From Spirochaetia bacterium (GTDB lineage: Bacteria; Spirochaetota; Spirochaetia; SZUA-6; Bin103), in contig CBDATQ010000002.1 in NCBI GenBank assembly GCA_965199955.1, positions 32,001 to 96,000 on the forward strand: a stretch of DNA of 64,000 nt, written 5' to 3'. Under the pieces are notes generated by a model. The model was not told the DNA's origin and ran no database searches. It worked only from the letters and a program-made list of their open reading frames with translations. This document shows, piece after piece, positions 18,816 through 27,713 of this stretch. The translations under genes and the position numbers were made by a program. Numbering within the stretch: position 1 is the stretch's first letter; every line of letters starts with the position of its first letter.

Positions 18816-20009
18816 ATGCCCGGACGGGGCGGCGCCCGCCTCCGCGCCGCGCTCCTGGTGCTGCCGCTGGCGGGGTTCGTCGGCGTGGCGTTCCTGGCGC
18901 CGCTGGGGACGATGCTGGTGCGCAGCGTCCACGATCCCGTGGTCGCCGATGCGGTGCCGGATACCCTGGTGCTGCTGCGCGACTGGGACGGCGGCGATGC
19001 CCCCCAGGATGAGGTGTTTGCCGCTGCCGCCCGCGAGCTGCTGGTTGCGCGGGAAGAGCGGACGCTCGGCCAGATCGCCACCCGCGTCAACCGCGTGGAG
19101 GCCGGCTTGCGGAGCGTCTTCACTCGCAGCATGCGCCGGCTGCAGAACGTGGAGACCGATGACTGGCGCACCGCCATGGTGGAGGCCGACCCGGCCTGGG
19201 GCGAGGCGCGCACGTGGCGGGCACTGCAGCGCGCGGGCGAGCGCTGGACGGTCCGCCACTACCTGAATGCCGTCGACCGGGACCGCGGCCCCGACGGCCG
19301 CATCGTCCGCCGGCCGGAGGAGCAGCGGATCTACGTGCAGCTCTTCGGCCGGACCTTCCTGGTCAGCCTGGCGGTCACGGCGCTGTGCCTGCTGCTCGGC
19401 TACCCGCTGGCCTACGGCATTGCGCACGCGCCGCCGCGCCGCGCCGCGCTGCTCCTGGTCGGCGTGCTGCTGCCGTTCTGGACGTCGCTGCTGGTGCGGA
19501 CCACGTCGTGGATCGTGCTGCTGCAGTCGCAGGGGGTGATCAACGACGTGCTGGTGGCGCTGGGCGTGATCGGTGACGAGCAGCGGCTGGCAATGATCTA
19601 CAACATGGCCGGCACCCTGGTCGCGATGACCCACGTGCTGCTGCCGTTCATGGTGCTGCCGCTGTACTCGGTCATGCGCACCATCCGGCCGGAGTACCTG
19701 CGCGCCGCCGCGTCCCTGGGCGCGGGGCCGGTGCAGGCGTTCGTCCGCGTCTATTTGCCGCAGTCCCTGCCCGGAGTGGGCGCCGGGACGCTGCTGGTGT
19801 TCATCGTCGCGCTCGGCTACTACATCACGCCGGCCCTGGTCGGGGGCCGCACTGGCCAGCTCATCTCCAACCTGATCGCCTACCACATGCAGGAGTCGCT
19901 CAATTGGGGTCTGGCAGCGGCGCTCGGCGGCATCCTGCTGACGTGTGTGCTGATCTTCTACGTGATCTACGACCGGGTGGTGGGCATCAACCGCCTGCGG
20001 CTGAGCTGA
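18816..20009 (+). CDS. Polyamine-type ABC permease (PotB-like, long periplasmic loop)
   Basis: LLGYPLAY, LPFWTSLLVRTTSW, AAASLGA, GYYITPALVGG. Confidence 0.92.
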   Translation: MPGRGGARLRAALLVLPLAGFVGVAFLAPLGTMLVRSVHDPVVADAVPDTLVLLRDWDGGDAPQDEVFAAAARELLVAREERTLGQIATRVNRVEAGLRSVFTRSMRRLQNVETDDWRTAMVEADPAWGEARTWRALQRAGERWTVRHYLNAVDRDRGPDGRIVRRPEEQRIYVQLFGRTFLVSLAVTALCLLLGYPLAYGIAHAPPRRAALLLVGVLLPFWTSLLVRTTSWIVLLQSQGVINDVLVALGVIGDEQRLAMIYNMAGTLVAMTHVLLPFMVLPLYSVMRTIRPEYLRAAASLGAGPVQAFVRVYLPQSLPGVGAGTLLVFIVALGYYITPALVGGRTGQLISNLIAYHMQESLNWGLAAALGGILLTCVLIFYVIYDRVVGINRLRLS

Positions 20010-20011
20010 CC

Positions 20012-20854
20012 GTGCCGACTCGCAGCGTCCCGGCCCGCACGCTTCCCGAACGCGCCGGCCGGGCCGTGTGCCTGGCGTTCTGCACGGCGGTGCTGCTATT
20101 CCTGATCGCGCCGCTGCTGGTGTTCGTGCCGCTCAGCTTCAACGTGGAGCCCTACTTCACCTTCACCGAGGGAATGCTCAGGCTCGACCCCGACGCCTAT
20201 TCCCTTCGCTGGTACCGGAGTGTGGCGGGCGACGAGGAGTGGCTGCGCGCGCTGGTCAACAGCCTGGTCATCGGTGCGGCGGCCACGGCGCTGGCGACCG
20301 TGCTGGGCACCGTCGCCGCGCTCGGCCTGTCGAGCCCGGCGATGCCGGGCCGTACCGCCATCATGGGGCTGCTCCTGTCGCCGATCGTGACGCCGCTGAT
20401 CATCTCCGCGGTCGGCATGTTCTTCTTCTACTCGGAGATCGGGCTGGCGCAGACCCACCTGGGGCTGATCCTGGCGCACACCACGCTGGGCGCGCCCTTC
20501 GTGGTCATCACCGTCATCGCGACCCTGTCCGGCTTCGACCGCAACCTGCTGCGCGCCTCCGCCAGCCTGGGCGCCGGCCCGCTGACCGGCTTCCGCCGCA
20601 TCCAGCTCCCCCTGATCGCCCCGGGCGTCGTATCCGGCGCGCTGTTCGCCTTCGCCACCTCGTTCGACGAGGTGGTGACCGTGCTGTTCATCGGCGGCCT
20701 GGAGCAGCGCACCATCCCGCGGCAGATGTGGTCGGGCATCCGCGAGGAGATCAGCCCCGCGATCCTGGCCGTCGCCACCGTCCTGCTGGCCTTCGCCCTG
20801 CTGTTCATGGCCACCGTCCAGTGGCTCCGCGGGCGCAGTGACCGATCCGCTTGA
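20012..20854 (+). CDS. Polyamine-type ABC permease (PotC-like)
   Basis: PLSFN, YSLRWY, RASASLGA, FATSFDEVV. Confidence 0.92.
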   Translation: MPTRSVPARTLPERAGRAVCLAFCTAVLLFLIAPLLVFVPLSFNVEPYFTFTEGMLRLDPDAYSLRWYRSVAGDEEWLRALVNSLVIGAAATALATVLGTVAALGLSSPAMPGRTAIMGLLLSPIVTPLIISAVGMFFFYSEIGLAQTHLGLILAHTTLGAPFVVITVIATLSGFDRNLLRASASLGAGPLTGFRRIQLPLIAPGVVSGALFAFATSFDEVVTVLFIGGLEQRTIPRQMWSGIREEISPAILAVATVLLAFALLFMATVQWLRGRSDRSA

Positions 20855-20867
20855 CCGGCAGGCGGGT

Positions 20868-20923
20868 GAATCGGATGAGGACGCCGAGTGGTGACACTCG
20901 TTCGGAGAAGGGGGCACCGATTC
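20868..20923. terminator. Nested stem-loop between convergent genes
   Basis: GAATCGG (20868) pairs with CCGATTC (20917) and encloses CGAGTG-gtga-CACTCG; no U-tract. Confidence 0.3.
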
Positions 20924-22495
20924 TCATGGCTGCGATCGCGCGGCGGACTCGCCCATGATCGATTCGGCGGCGTAGACGCGGTACTGGTTGGGCTTGCCGG
21001 GCGAGCGGTGGCCGACCTCCCAGACGGTGCGGCCGTCGGGAGTGACCTCGGCGATGATGAACACGCGGCAGCAGCGCTCGGCGCGGCTCGATCCGTACAG
21101 GATCAGGGTGTTGCCGCCCGGCAGGCGCTGCACGCTGGAGCAGCACGCCGCGTACAGCGGCGGCCGGTGCCAGTATTCCCAGACCCGGCGCGCGATCATC
21201 CGCTCCAGGTCGAGCTCCAGCTCCACCGCGCGGGAGAACTGGCCGCCCTCGTCGTAGGGCCGGCCGGTGCCGTTGTCGAAGAGCAGCACGTTGCCGTTGG
21301 CGAGCGGCACGGCCGTGTGCTGCGCGTAGAAGCGGTCGCGCGGATCCTCGAGCGTGAAGTCGCTGCCCGGACCGCCCAGGCGCCAGCGCACGGAGGCAAG
21401 GTCGGGGGCGATCGAGATCACCTGGTTCAGGTGGCCGAGCGACACCAGCACGCTGCCGTCCTCGGCGACCACGGCAGAGTTGCCGTGGCTCCAGTCCTGC
21501 ACCCGCGGGTCGCGCTCGCATCCTCCCCACATGGGGTGTCCCGGCAGGGTCCGGTTTGAGGCGGGCGCCGTCCGGTCGGCGGGGGAGAGGTGGTCGAAGA
21601 TGTTCCAGACGATCTCCGCGGTGCCCGCCTCCGCGTCCCAGATGCCCAGCGTGTCGCCTTCCTGAGGCACGGCCGGGTCGCCGTAGCCGTCCCGGAGCAC
21701 GTCGCGCGACAGGTACAGCACGCGGCCGTCCGGCAGCACCTGCACCTCGTGATGCATGGGGCCGAACGGCGCGCACTCGTCGCGGAGGCGGTGGATCTCG
21801 CGTCCCAGAGGGTCGATCTCCACCAGTCCGGCGGCGGTGGTGCCGCCCTTGAAGCCCGCAAGGTAGACGATGTTGCCGTTCGGGCGGCGGGCCATGACGT
21901 AGGGCTGCTCGCCCTCCGGCGCCTGGAAGTACCAGACGACGTGTCCCTGACCGTCGAACGCCGCCAGGCCGAAGAACTCGGTCTGCCGGAACTCCAGGAA
22001 CGTAACCGGCAGGGTGGGATCCCCGCGCCACACGTCGAACACGGCGTCGCGCAGGCCCTCGGGCAGCTCGCCGGTGGTGAAGTCGCCTGCCGGCGTCGGC
22101 TCCGACATGCGGCCGCCGGCGTCGACGGCGCGCACCTCGTAGCGGTACTCGGTCGCGGCGCGCAGGCGGACGAGGTGGGCGGCGAAGGAGGTGCCATCGC
22201 TGGCCACGGGCGCCGAGCGCAGTACCGCGTCGCTGTCGGCGGCGGGCCAATAGTCGACCACCACGCTGCCGGGCGCGGCCAGCTCGCCTTCCACCACGGC
22301 GATCAGCGTATTGCCGGCGTGGATTCGTGCGGAAGCGTGCAGCGAAGGCGCGCGGGCCGCCGGCTCGTTGTCCGCCCAGCCGGCGGCCGTCGCGACCAGG
22401 AGGGCGGCGGCAAGCGGCGCCCATCGAGCGAACCTGGGCGGCCGGCCCCCAACGCGGGCGAACGGCGAGGACGACGGAGAGGGATTGGCCGGCAT
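20924..22495 (-). CDS. Aryl-sulfate sulfotransferase (ASST)-like secreted protein 2
   Basis: Signal-like segment; LVRLRAATEYRY, FTTGELP, MHHE, DWSHGNS, QHTAVPLANGNVLLFDNG, FSRAVE, VWEY; paralog of 14318-15784. Start uncertain. Confidence 0.85.
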   Translation of the reverse strand: MPANPSPSSSPFARVGGRPPRFARWAPLAAALLVATAAGWADNEPAARAPSLHASARIHAGNTLIAVVEGELAAPGSVVVDYWPAADSDAVLRSAPVASDGTSFAAHLVRLRAATEYRYEVRAVDAGGRMSEPTPAGDFTTGELPEGLRDAVFDVWRGDPTLPVTFLEFRQTEFFGLAAFDGQGHVVWYFQAPEGEQPYVMARRPNGNIVYLAGFKGGTTAAGLVEIDPLGREIHRLRDECAPFGPMHHEVQVLPDGRVLYLSRDVLRDGYGDPAVPQEGDTLGIWDAEAGTAEIVWNIFDHLSPADRTAPASNRTLPGHPMWGGCERDPRVQDWSHGNSAVVAEDGSVLVSLGHLNQVISIAPDLASVRWRLGGPGSDFTLEDPRDRFYAQHTAVPLANGNVLLFDNGTGRPYDEGGQFSRAVELELDLERMIARRVWEYWHRPPLYAACCSSVQRLPGGNTLILYGSSRAERCCRVFIIAEVTPDGRTVWEVGHRSPGKPNQYRVYAAESIMGESAARSQP

Positions 22496-22622
22496 GCGGC
22501 GCGCAGCGTGCCACGCCGGCACCCTCCCGGCCAGCAGGCGGCCTTTTCCTTGACAGATCGCGGGCCGGAGGGCGACTATGGTACGCGCTGAGCGCGACCG
22601 CGCTCGAGCGCTTGGAGGAATC

Positions 22623-24638
22623 ATGCGTACGCACACGAAAGTAGGGGTGTTGGCATTGACCCTGGGCCTGGCCCTGTCGATGTCGGCATCCGCCGAACTG
22701 TCGACCTTCGCCTACGACGGCCCGATGCCGACCTCGTTCAACGAGGCGCCGATGCTGGCCGAACGTGTCGCGGCGGGCGAGCTGCCCCCGGTCGAGGAGC
22801 GGCTGCCGATCGCGTCGGACGTCCTGGTCGTCCCGGTGGTCGAGCGGATCGGCGAGTACGGCGGCACGTGGCGGCGCGGCTTCGCCGGACCCGGCGACGG
22901 CCAGAACGCCGACCGCATCATGATGGACCACCTGCTGCTGTACGACATTAACGGCACCGACATCGTGCCCAACAACGTCAGGGACTGGACGCTGGAGGAC
23001 GACGGCGTCACCTACACGTTCCATCTCCGGCGCGAGATGAAGTGGTCGGACGGCGAGCCGTTCACCGCGGACGACTTCCTGTGGGCCAACGAGCACATCG
23101 TCTGCCATGAGACGCTGAACCCGGAGAAGCAGTGCCGCCTGGGCTTCTCGTCCTTCAACCCGGGAGTGCGCAAGATCGACGACAGCACCATCCAGTGGTA
23201 CTTCGACAGCCCGCAGGCCGGCTTCATCGACGACGTGGCCACCTACCGCGTCGCCGGCTGGACGCTCAACGGCCGCGTCGGCTCGCCCTCGTTCGCACCC
23301 GCCCACTTCCTGGAGCAGTTCCACAAGGACTTCGCCGACGAGGACGACATCAACGAGATGGTGTCCGAAGAGGGCTTCGAGAACTGGGAGACCTTCTTCA
23401 GGAACAAGATCGACGTGCACAAGACGGTCGAGGCGCCGACGGTCGCCCCGTGGGTCGTCACCAGCCCCAACAACACCGACCTGTGGGCGTTCGAGCGCAA
23501 TCCGTACTACTACGGGGTCGATCCGGACGGAAACCAGCTCCCGTACATCGACTACATCCAGATGCGGCTGTACGCGGACTCCGAGGTGCACAACCTGCGC
23601 GCCGCCAACGGCGAGTACGACTTCAACCACCGCTCCATCGCCTTCAACAACGTGCCCACCTTCATCGAGAACGGGGAGAAGGGGAACTACCGGCTGATGC
23701 TGTGGCCGGGCGACGCCACCGTGGCGGTCGCCTTCAACTACACCTACGGCCTGGGCGAGGTCACCGAGGAGGCGGATCCGGAGATCCGCAAGTGGATCAC
23801 CAACCGCGACTTCAAGATCGCCATGTCGCACGCCATCAACCGCGACAAGATCAACGAGCTGATCTATTTCGGCACGGCCACGGGACGGCAGGCGGTGTTC
23901 CCGAGCTGGCACGCCCACTACCCGGGCGATGACATCGCGTTCCGCTACACCGATCACGACCCGGCCAAGGCCAACCAGATGCTGGACGACATCGGCCTGT
24001 CCGAACGGGACTCGGACGGCTTCCGCCTGCGCAGCGACGGCAGCGGCAGGACCTTGACCCTGGACTTCTCCCTCAGCCTGGGCTGGTTCACCACCGCGGG
24101 CATCGGCGAGCTCCTCAAGGAGGACTGGAAGGAGGTCGGCGTCAACGTCAACCTGCGCCTCGTGCAGGGCCAGGCGGCCGTCGACGAGCGCGGCGGCAAC
24201 CTGCAGCAGCTCTACCTGGACGGGGACGTCAACGCGCGCGAGCCGACCAGCCTGATCTCCGGCCGCAGCGCCTTCCCGGCGTACTCGAACTGGTACGCGC
24301 AGCGCGCGGGCTCCTACACGCTCGGCGCGGTCGTGGCCGAGCCGCCGGAATCCGACACCGAATTCTGGCGGCTGGTCGAGCTCAGCGACGAATCTCAGTT
24401 GCTGCGCTACGCCGACCGCAAGGAGAACTACCTGGAGACGCAGGAGATCGCCGTGAACAACCTGTACTACATCGGCCTGATCGGCGATTCGGCCGCCTCC
24501 AACGGCGTCATCGTCGTCAAGAACAACTTCCGCAACGTGCCGGAGCGCGCGCCGAACGTCTCGGCGCTGCAGAACCCGGGCAGCGGGCGGACCGTTCAGT
24601 TCTTCTTCGAGGGCGGCCTGAACGACGCAGGCTTCTAG
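22623..24638 (+). CDS. Family 5 ABC transporter substrate-binding protein
   Basis: GGAGGA RBS; signal peptide; FNEAPML..GELPPVEERLP, IGEYGG, YTFHLRREMKWSDGEPFTADD, GNQLPYID. Confidence 0.94.
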   Translation: MRTHTKVGVLALTLGLALSMSASAELSTFAYDGPMPTSFNEAPMLAERVAAGELPPVEERLPIASDVLVVPVVERIGEYGGTWRRGFAGPGDGQNADRIMMDHLLLYDINGTDIVPNNVRDWTLEDDGVTYTFHLRREMKWSDGEPFTADDFLWANEHIVCHETLNPEKQCRLGFSSFNPGVRKIDDSTIQWYFDSPQAGFIDDVATYRVAGWTLNGRVGSPSFAPAHFLEQFHKDFADEDDINEMVSEEGFENWETFFRNKIDVHKTVEAPTVAPWVVTSPNNTDLWAFERNPYYYGVDPDGNQLPYIDYIQMRLYADSEVHNLRAANGEYDFNHRSIAFNNVPTFIENGEKGNYRLMLWPGDATVAVAFNYTYGLGEVTEEADPEIRKWITNRDFKIAMSHAINRDKINELIYFGTATGRQAVFPSWHAHYPGDDIAFRYTDHDPAKANQMLDDIGLSERDSDGFRLRSDGSGRTLTLDFSLSLGWFTTAGIGELLKEDWKEVGVNVNLRLVQGQAAVDERGGNLQQLYLDGDVNAREPTSLISGRSAFPAYSNWYAQRAGSYTLGAVVAEPPESDTEFWRLVELSDESQLLRYADRKENYLETQEIAVNNLYYIGLIGDSAASNGVIVVKNNFRNVPERAPNVSALQNPGSGRTVQFFFEGGLNDAGF

Positions 24639-24665
24639 CGTCGATTCACGTGGATTGATGCGAGC

Positions 24666-24691
24666 GGCCCGCTCCTGCGACGGAGCGGGCC
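24666..24691 (+). terminator. GC-rich intercistronic hairpin after the SBP gene
   Basis: Perfect 10-bp stem GGCCCGCTCC-tgcgac-GGAGCGGGCC; no U-tract. Confidence 0.6.
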
Positions 24692-24715
24692 TCTCGTCGA
24701 TTCCGTCCTGACCCC

Positions 24716-25723
24716 ATGGGTGCCTATCTCGCCCGCCGTCTTGGCTACGCGGTGTTCACGTCGCTGGCCATCTCCCTGATCGCGTTCCTGATCGTCCAGC
24801 TCCCCCCGGGTGACTTCGCCACCTTCTACGTGCAGTCGCTGCTGGGCGCCGGTCAGGGGGCCGGAGCGTCCGGGAACATCCTGGGCGACCCGGCTCTGGA
24901 GGCGCAGTTGCGCGCCGACTTCGGGCTGGACCGGCCGGTGCCCATCCAGTACCTCAAGTGGCTGCAGCGCATCGTCACCGGCGACTGGGGGATGTCCTTC
25001 GCGTTCGGCCGGCCGATCGCCGAGGTGATCGCCGACCGGCTCGCCAACACCCTCATCCTGGCCGTCGGCACCATTCTGTTTACCTGGATTCTGGCGATAC
25101 CGATCGGCATCTACTCCGCCGTGCACCACAACACGCCGCAGGACTACGCGGTCACGTTCATCGGCTTCCTGGGGCTGGCGGTGCCGAACTTCCTCCTGGG
25201 GCTGATATTGCTGTGGTTGGGGGCGCTCGTGTTCGGCTGGGAGATCGGCGGCCTGTACTCGCCGGAATACCTCAATCAGCCGTGGACATGGGCCAAGTTC
25301 GTCAACATGCTGCGCCACCTGATCGCCCCGGCGATCGTGCTGGGCACTGCCGGCACGGCGGCGCTGATCCGCGTCATGCGCAACAACCTGCTTGACGAGC
25401 TGGGCAAGCAGTACGTCATGTCGGCGCGCGCCAAGGGCGTGGCCGAGTGGAAGCTCATCTTCAAGTACCCGGTGCGCCTGGCGTTCAATCCGTTCATCTC
25501 CACGATGGGCTACCTGCTGCCGTTCCTGCTGTCCGGCGACGTGATCGTCTCCACCGTGCTCAGCCTGCCGACCGTGGGGCCGGTGCTGCTGCAGGCGATC
25601 CTCAGCGAGGACCTGTACCTGGCCTCCACGATCTTTCTCTGGCTTGGCATGCTGACCGTGATCGGTACGCTGATCTCCGACCTGCTGCTGGCCGTGACCG
25701 ACCCGCGCATCCGGTTGAGTTGA
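24716..25723 (+). CDS. Family 5 ABC permease (DppB-like)
   Basis: QLPPGDF, GDWGMSF, YVMSARAKGV, TDPRIRLS. Confidence 0.95.
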   Translation: MGAYLARRLGYAVFTSLAISLIAFLIVQLPPGDFATFYVQSLLGAGQGAGASGNILGDPALEAQLRADFGLDRPVPIQYLKWLQRIVTGDWGMSFAFGRPIAEVIADRLANTLILAVGTILFTWILAIPIGIYSAVHHNTPQDYAVTFIGFLGLAVPNFLLGLILLWLGALVFGWEIGGLYSPEYLNQPWTWAKFVNMLRHLIAPAIVLGTAGTAALIRVMRNNLLDELGKQYVMSARAKGVAEWKLIFKYPVRLAFNPFISTMGYLLPFLLSGDVIVSTVLSLPTVGPVLLQAILSEDLYLASTIFLWLGMLTVIGTLISDLLLAVTDPRIRLS

Positions 25724-25727
25724 CGCG

Positions 25728-26870
25728 ATGCCCTCGGAATCCGACGAAGCCGTGGTAGCTACCCGCTCTCCCGTAGAGGACGAGCGGCGCTACCTGGCCG
25801 GCCAATGGAAGCTCATGTGGTGGCGCTTCCGCCGCCACAAGGCCGCGATCGCCTCGGCGATCGTGGTCGCACTGTTCTACCTGGTGGCGATCTTCGCCGA
25901 CACGCTGTCGAGCTCCGATCCCGCGACGTCGGACGAACAGTTCCCGACCGTGCCGCCGCAGCGCCTGCACTTCTTCGACGACGGGGCGCTGCGCCTGCAC
26001 GTCTACGACCTGATCGGCAAGCGCGATCTGAAGACGTTCCGCAAGGTGTATGAGCCCGACCCGGACACGCGCCTGCGCGTGCGGCTGATCGGCGACGGTT
26101 ACGAGTACAAGCTGCTGGGTCTGTTTCGAAGCACCAAGCATCTCCTGGTCGTCGAGGGCCACGAGCGGCGGACGGCGCCGTTCCTGTTCGGCACCGACGA
26201 GCAGGGCCGCGATATCGTCGCCCGCATCCTGCACGGCACGCGCCTGTCGCTGTCCATCGGCCTGATCGGCGTGGTGATCAGCCTGGTGCTGGGCATCCTG
26301 ATCGGCGGCGCGTCCGGGTACTACGGCGGAAAGGTCGATACGGCCATCCAGCGCCTCATCGAGATACTGCGCTCCATCCCGACGATACCGCTCTGGATCG
26401 GGCTGGCAGCGGCCCTTCCGCGGGAATTCACCGTCCAGCAGAGGTATCTGGCGATCACCATCCTCCTGTCGCTGTACGCGTGGACGGAGATCGCTCGGGT
26501 CGTGCGCGGCCGGTTCCTGGCCATGCGCGAGGAGGACTTCATCGCCGCCGCGCGGCTTGCCGGCACCCGCGACCTGACCATCATCGTCCGCCACATGGTC
26601 CCCAATTTCGCCAGCCACCTGATCGCGGCGGCGTCGCTGGCTATCCCGTTCATGATCGTGAGCGAGACCTCGCTGAGCTTCCTGGGACTGGGTCTGCAGG
26701 CGCCGGCGATAAGCTGGGGGGTGCTGCTCAAGGCGGCGTCGAATGCGCGCACGGTCGCCTCGCTGCCGTGGCTGATGCTGCCGGCCATCCCGGTGATCAT
26801 CTCCGTGCTGGCGTTCAACTTCATGGGCGACGGCCTGCGCGACGCCGCCGACCCCTACGACCGCAAGTAG
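25728..26870 (+). CDS. Family 5 ABC permease (DppC-like)
   Basis: WWRFRRHK, FGTDEQGRD, ETSLSFLGLG, GDGLRDAADPY. Confidence 0.95.
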   Translation: MPSESDEAVVATRSPVEDERRYLAGQWKLMWWRFRRHKAAIASAIVVALFYLVAIFADTLSSSDPATSDEQFPTVPPQRLHFFDDGALRLHVYDLIGKRDLKTFRKVYEPDPDTRLRVRLIGDGYEYKLLGLFRSTKHLLVVEGHERRTAPFLFGTDEQGRDIVARILHGTRLSLSIGLIGVVISLVLGILIGGASGYYGGKVDTAIQRLIEILRSIPTIPLWIGLAAALPREFTVQQRYLAITILLSLYAWTEIARVVRGRFLAMREEDFIAAARLAGTRDLTIIVRHMVPNFASHLIAAASLAIPFMIVSETSLSFLGLGLQAPAISWGVLLKAASNARTVASLPWLMLPAIPVIISVLAFNFMGDGLRDAADPYDRK

Positions 26871-26885
26871 TCGAGGCTGACGCCG

Positions 26886-27713
26886 CTACGGCCGTTCCGC
26901 CACGCGGACGTACCTGGCGAGCTGATCGGGCTCGGCCACGTGTGTCCAGTAAAGGTCGCCGTTCGGGGCGACGCAGACGCAATGACCCCAGTAGTCGATG
27001 CTCTCGGCCAGCACCGTGCCGTCCAGGTCCATGATGCCCGAGCCGACGAAGACGTGGTCGTCGCCGTCCAGGGCGATGTTGTTGGCCCGCTCCAGCGGGC
27101 GCTCGCGGATGAAGCCGCCGTCCGCGTCGAACACCTGCACCCGGAAGTTCTCGCGGTCGGCGACCCAGACCTGGCCGCGGCGGTCGACGCCGATCGAGTG
27201 CGGGGTATCGAACTGGCCGGGCCCGCCGCCCGGTTCGCCCCAGGAGGTGATCAGCGTCCCGTCCGCGGCGAACCGGTGGATGCGCGCCTGCCCGTAGCCG
27301 TCGGCAACGTAGAGGTCTCCCGACGGGGCCTGGAACGCCTGCGTCGGGCTGTTGAACGGCTGTCCCGGCGCTCCCGGCCGGCCGGCCGTGCCCAGGGTGT
27401 CGAGCAGCGTGCCGTCGAGCGTGAGGCGGTGCACGACGTGGTCCAGGACGTCGGTGACGTAGAGGGTGTCGTCGGGTGCCACGCTGATGCCGTGGATGCC
27501 GGCTGGATGGCGGAACGCCGCATGCGTCCAGCAGTCCAGACGCGCCCCGTCCGCGCCATAGACCAGGATCTTCGGGTCCGGCTCGCGGCTGCACACGTAG
27601 ACGCGTTCGCGGCGGTCGCAGGCCACGCTGCAGAGGACCCCGCGCGCGGCCGCATCCCGGTGCGCCCACCGGTCGTCGACCCGGTAGCGAAACGCGCCTT
27701 TACCGATTGTCAT
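26886..27713 (-). CDS. NHL-repeat beta-propeller (peptidyl-alpha-hydroxyglycine amidating lyase-like)
   Basis: FNSPT, LYVADGYGQARIHRF, SWGEPGGGPGQFDTPHSI, VWVADRENFRVQVFD; overlaps the sulfatase stop. Confidence 0.88.
   Translation of the reverse strand: MTIGKGAFRYRVDDRWAHRDAAARGVLCSVACDRRERVYVCSREPDPKILVYGADGARLDCWTHAAFRHPAGIHGISVAPDDTLYVTDVLDHVVHRLTLDGTLLDTLGTAGRPGAPGQPFNSPTQAFQAPSGDLYVADGYGQARIHRFAADGTLITSWGEPGGGPGQFDTPHSIGVDRRGQVWVADRENFRVQVFDADGGFIRERPLERANNIALDGDDHVFVGSGIMDLDGTVLAESIDYWGHCVCVAPNGDLYWTHVAEPDQLARYVRVAERP

Noticed and set aside
22550..22582. TTGACA plus TATGGT as a promoter for the 22623 SBP
   Set aside because: The 21-nt spacer is too long, and there is no good -10 at 16-18 nt.
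20805..23957. 1050-aa - strand ORF
   Set aside because: Antisense to the family-5 SBP and out of frame with ASST2; no recognisable domain.
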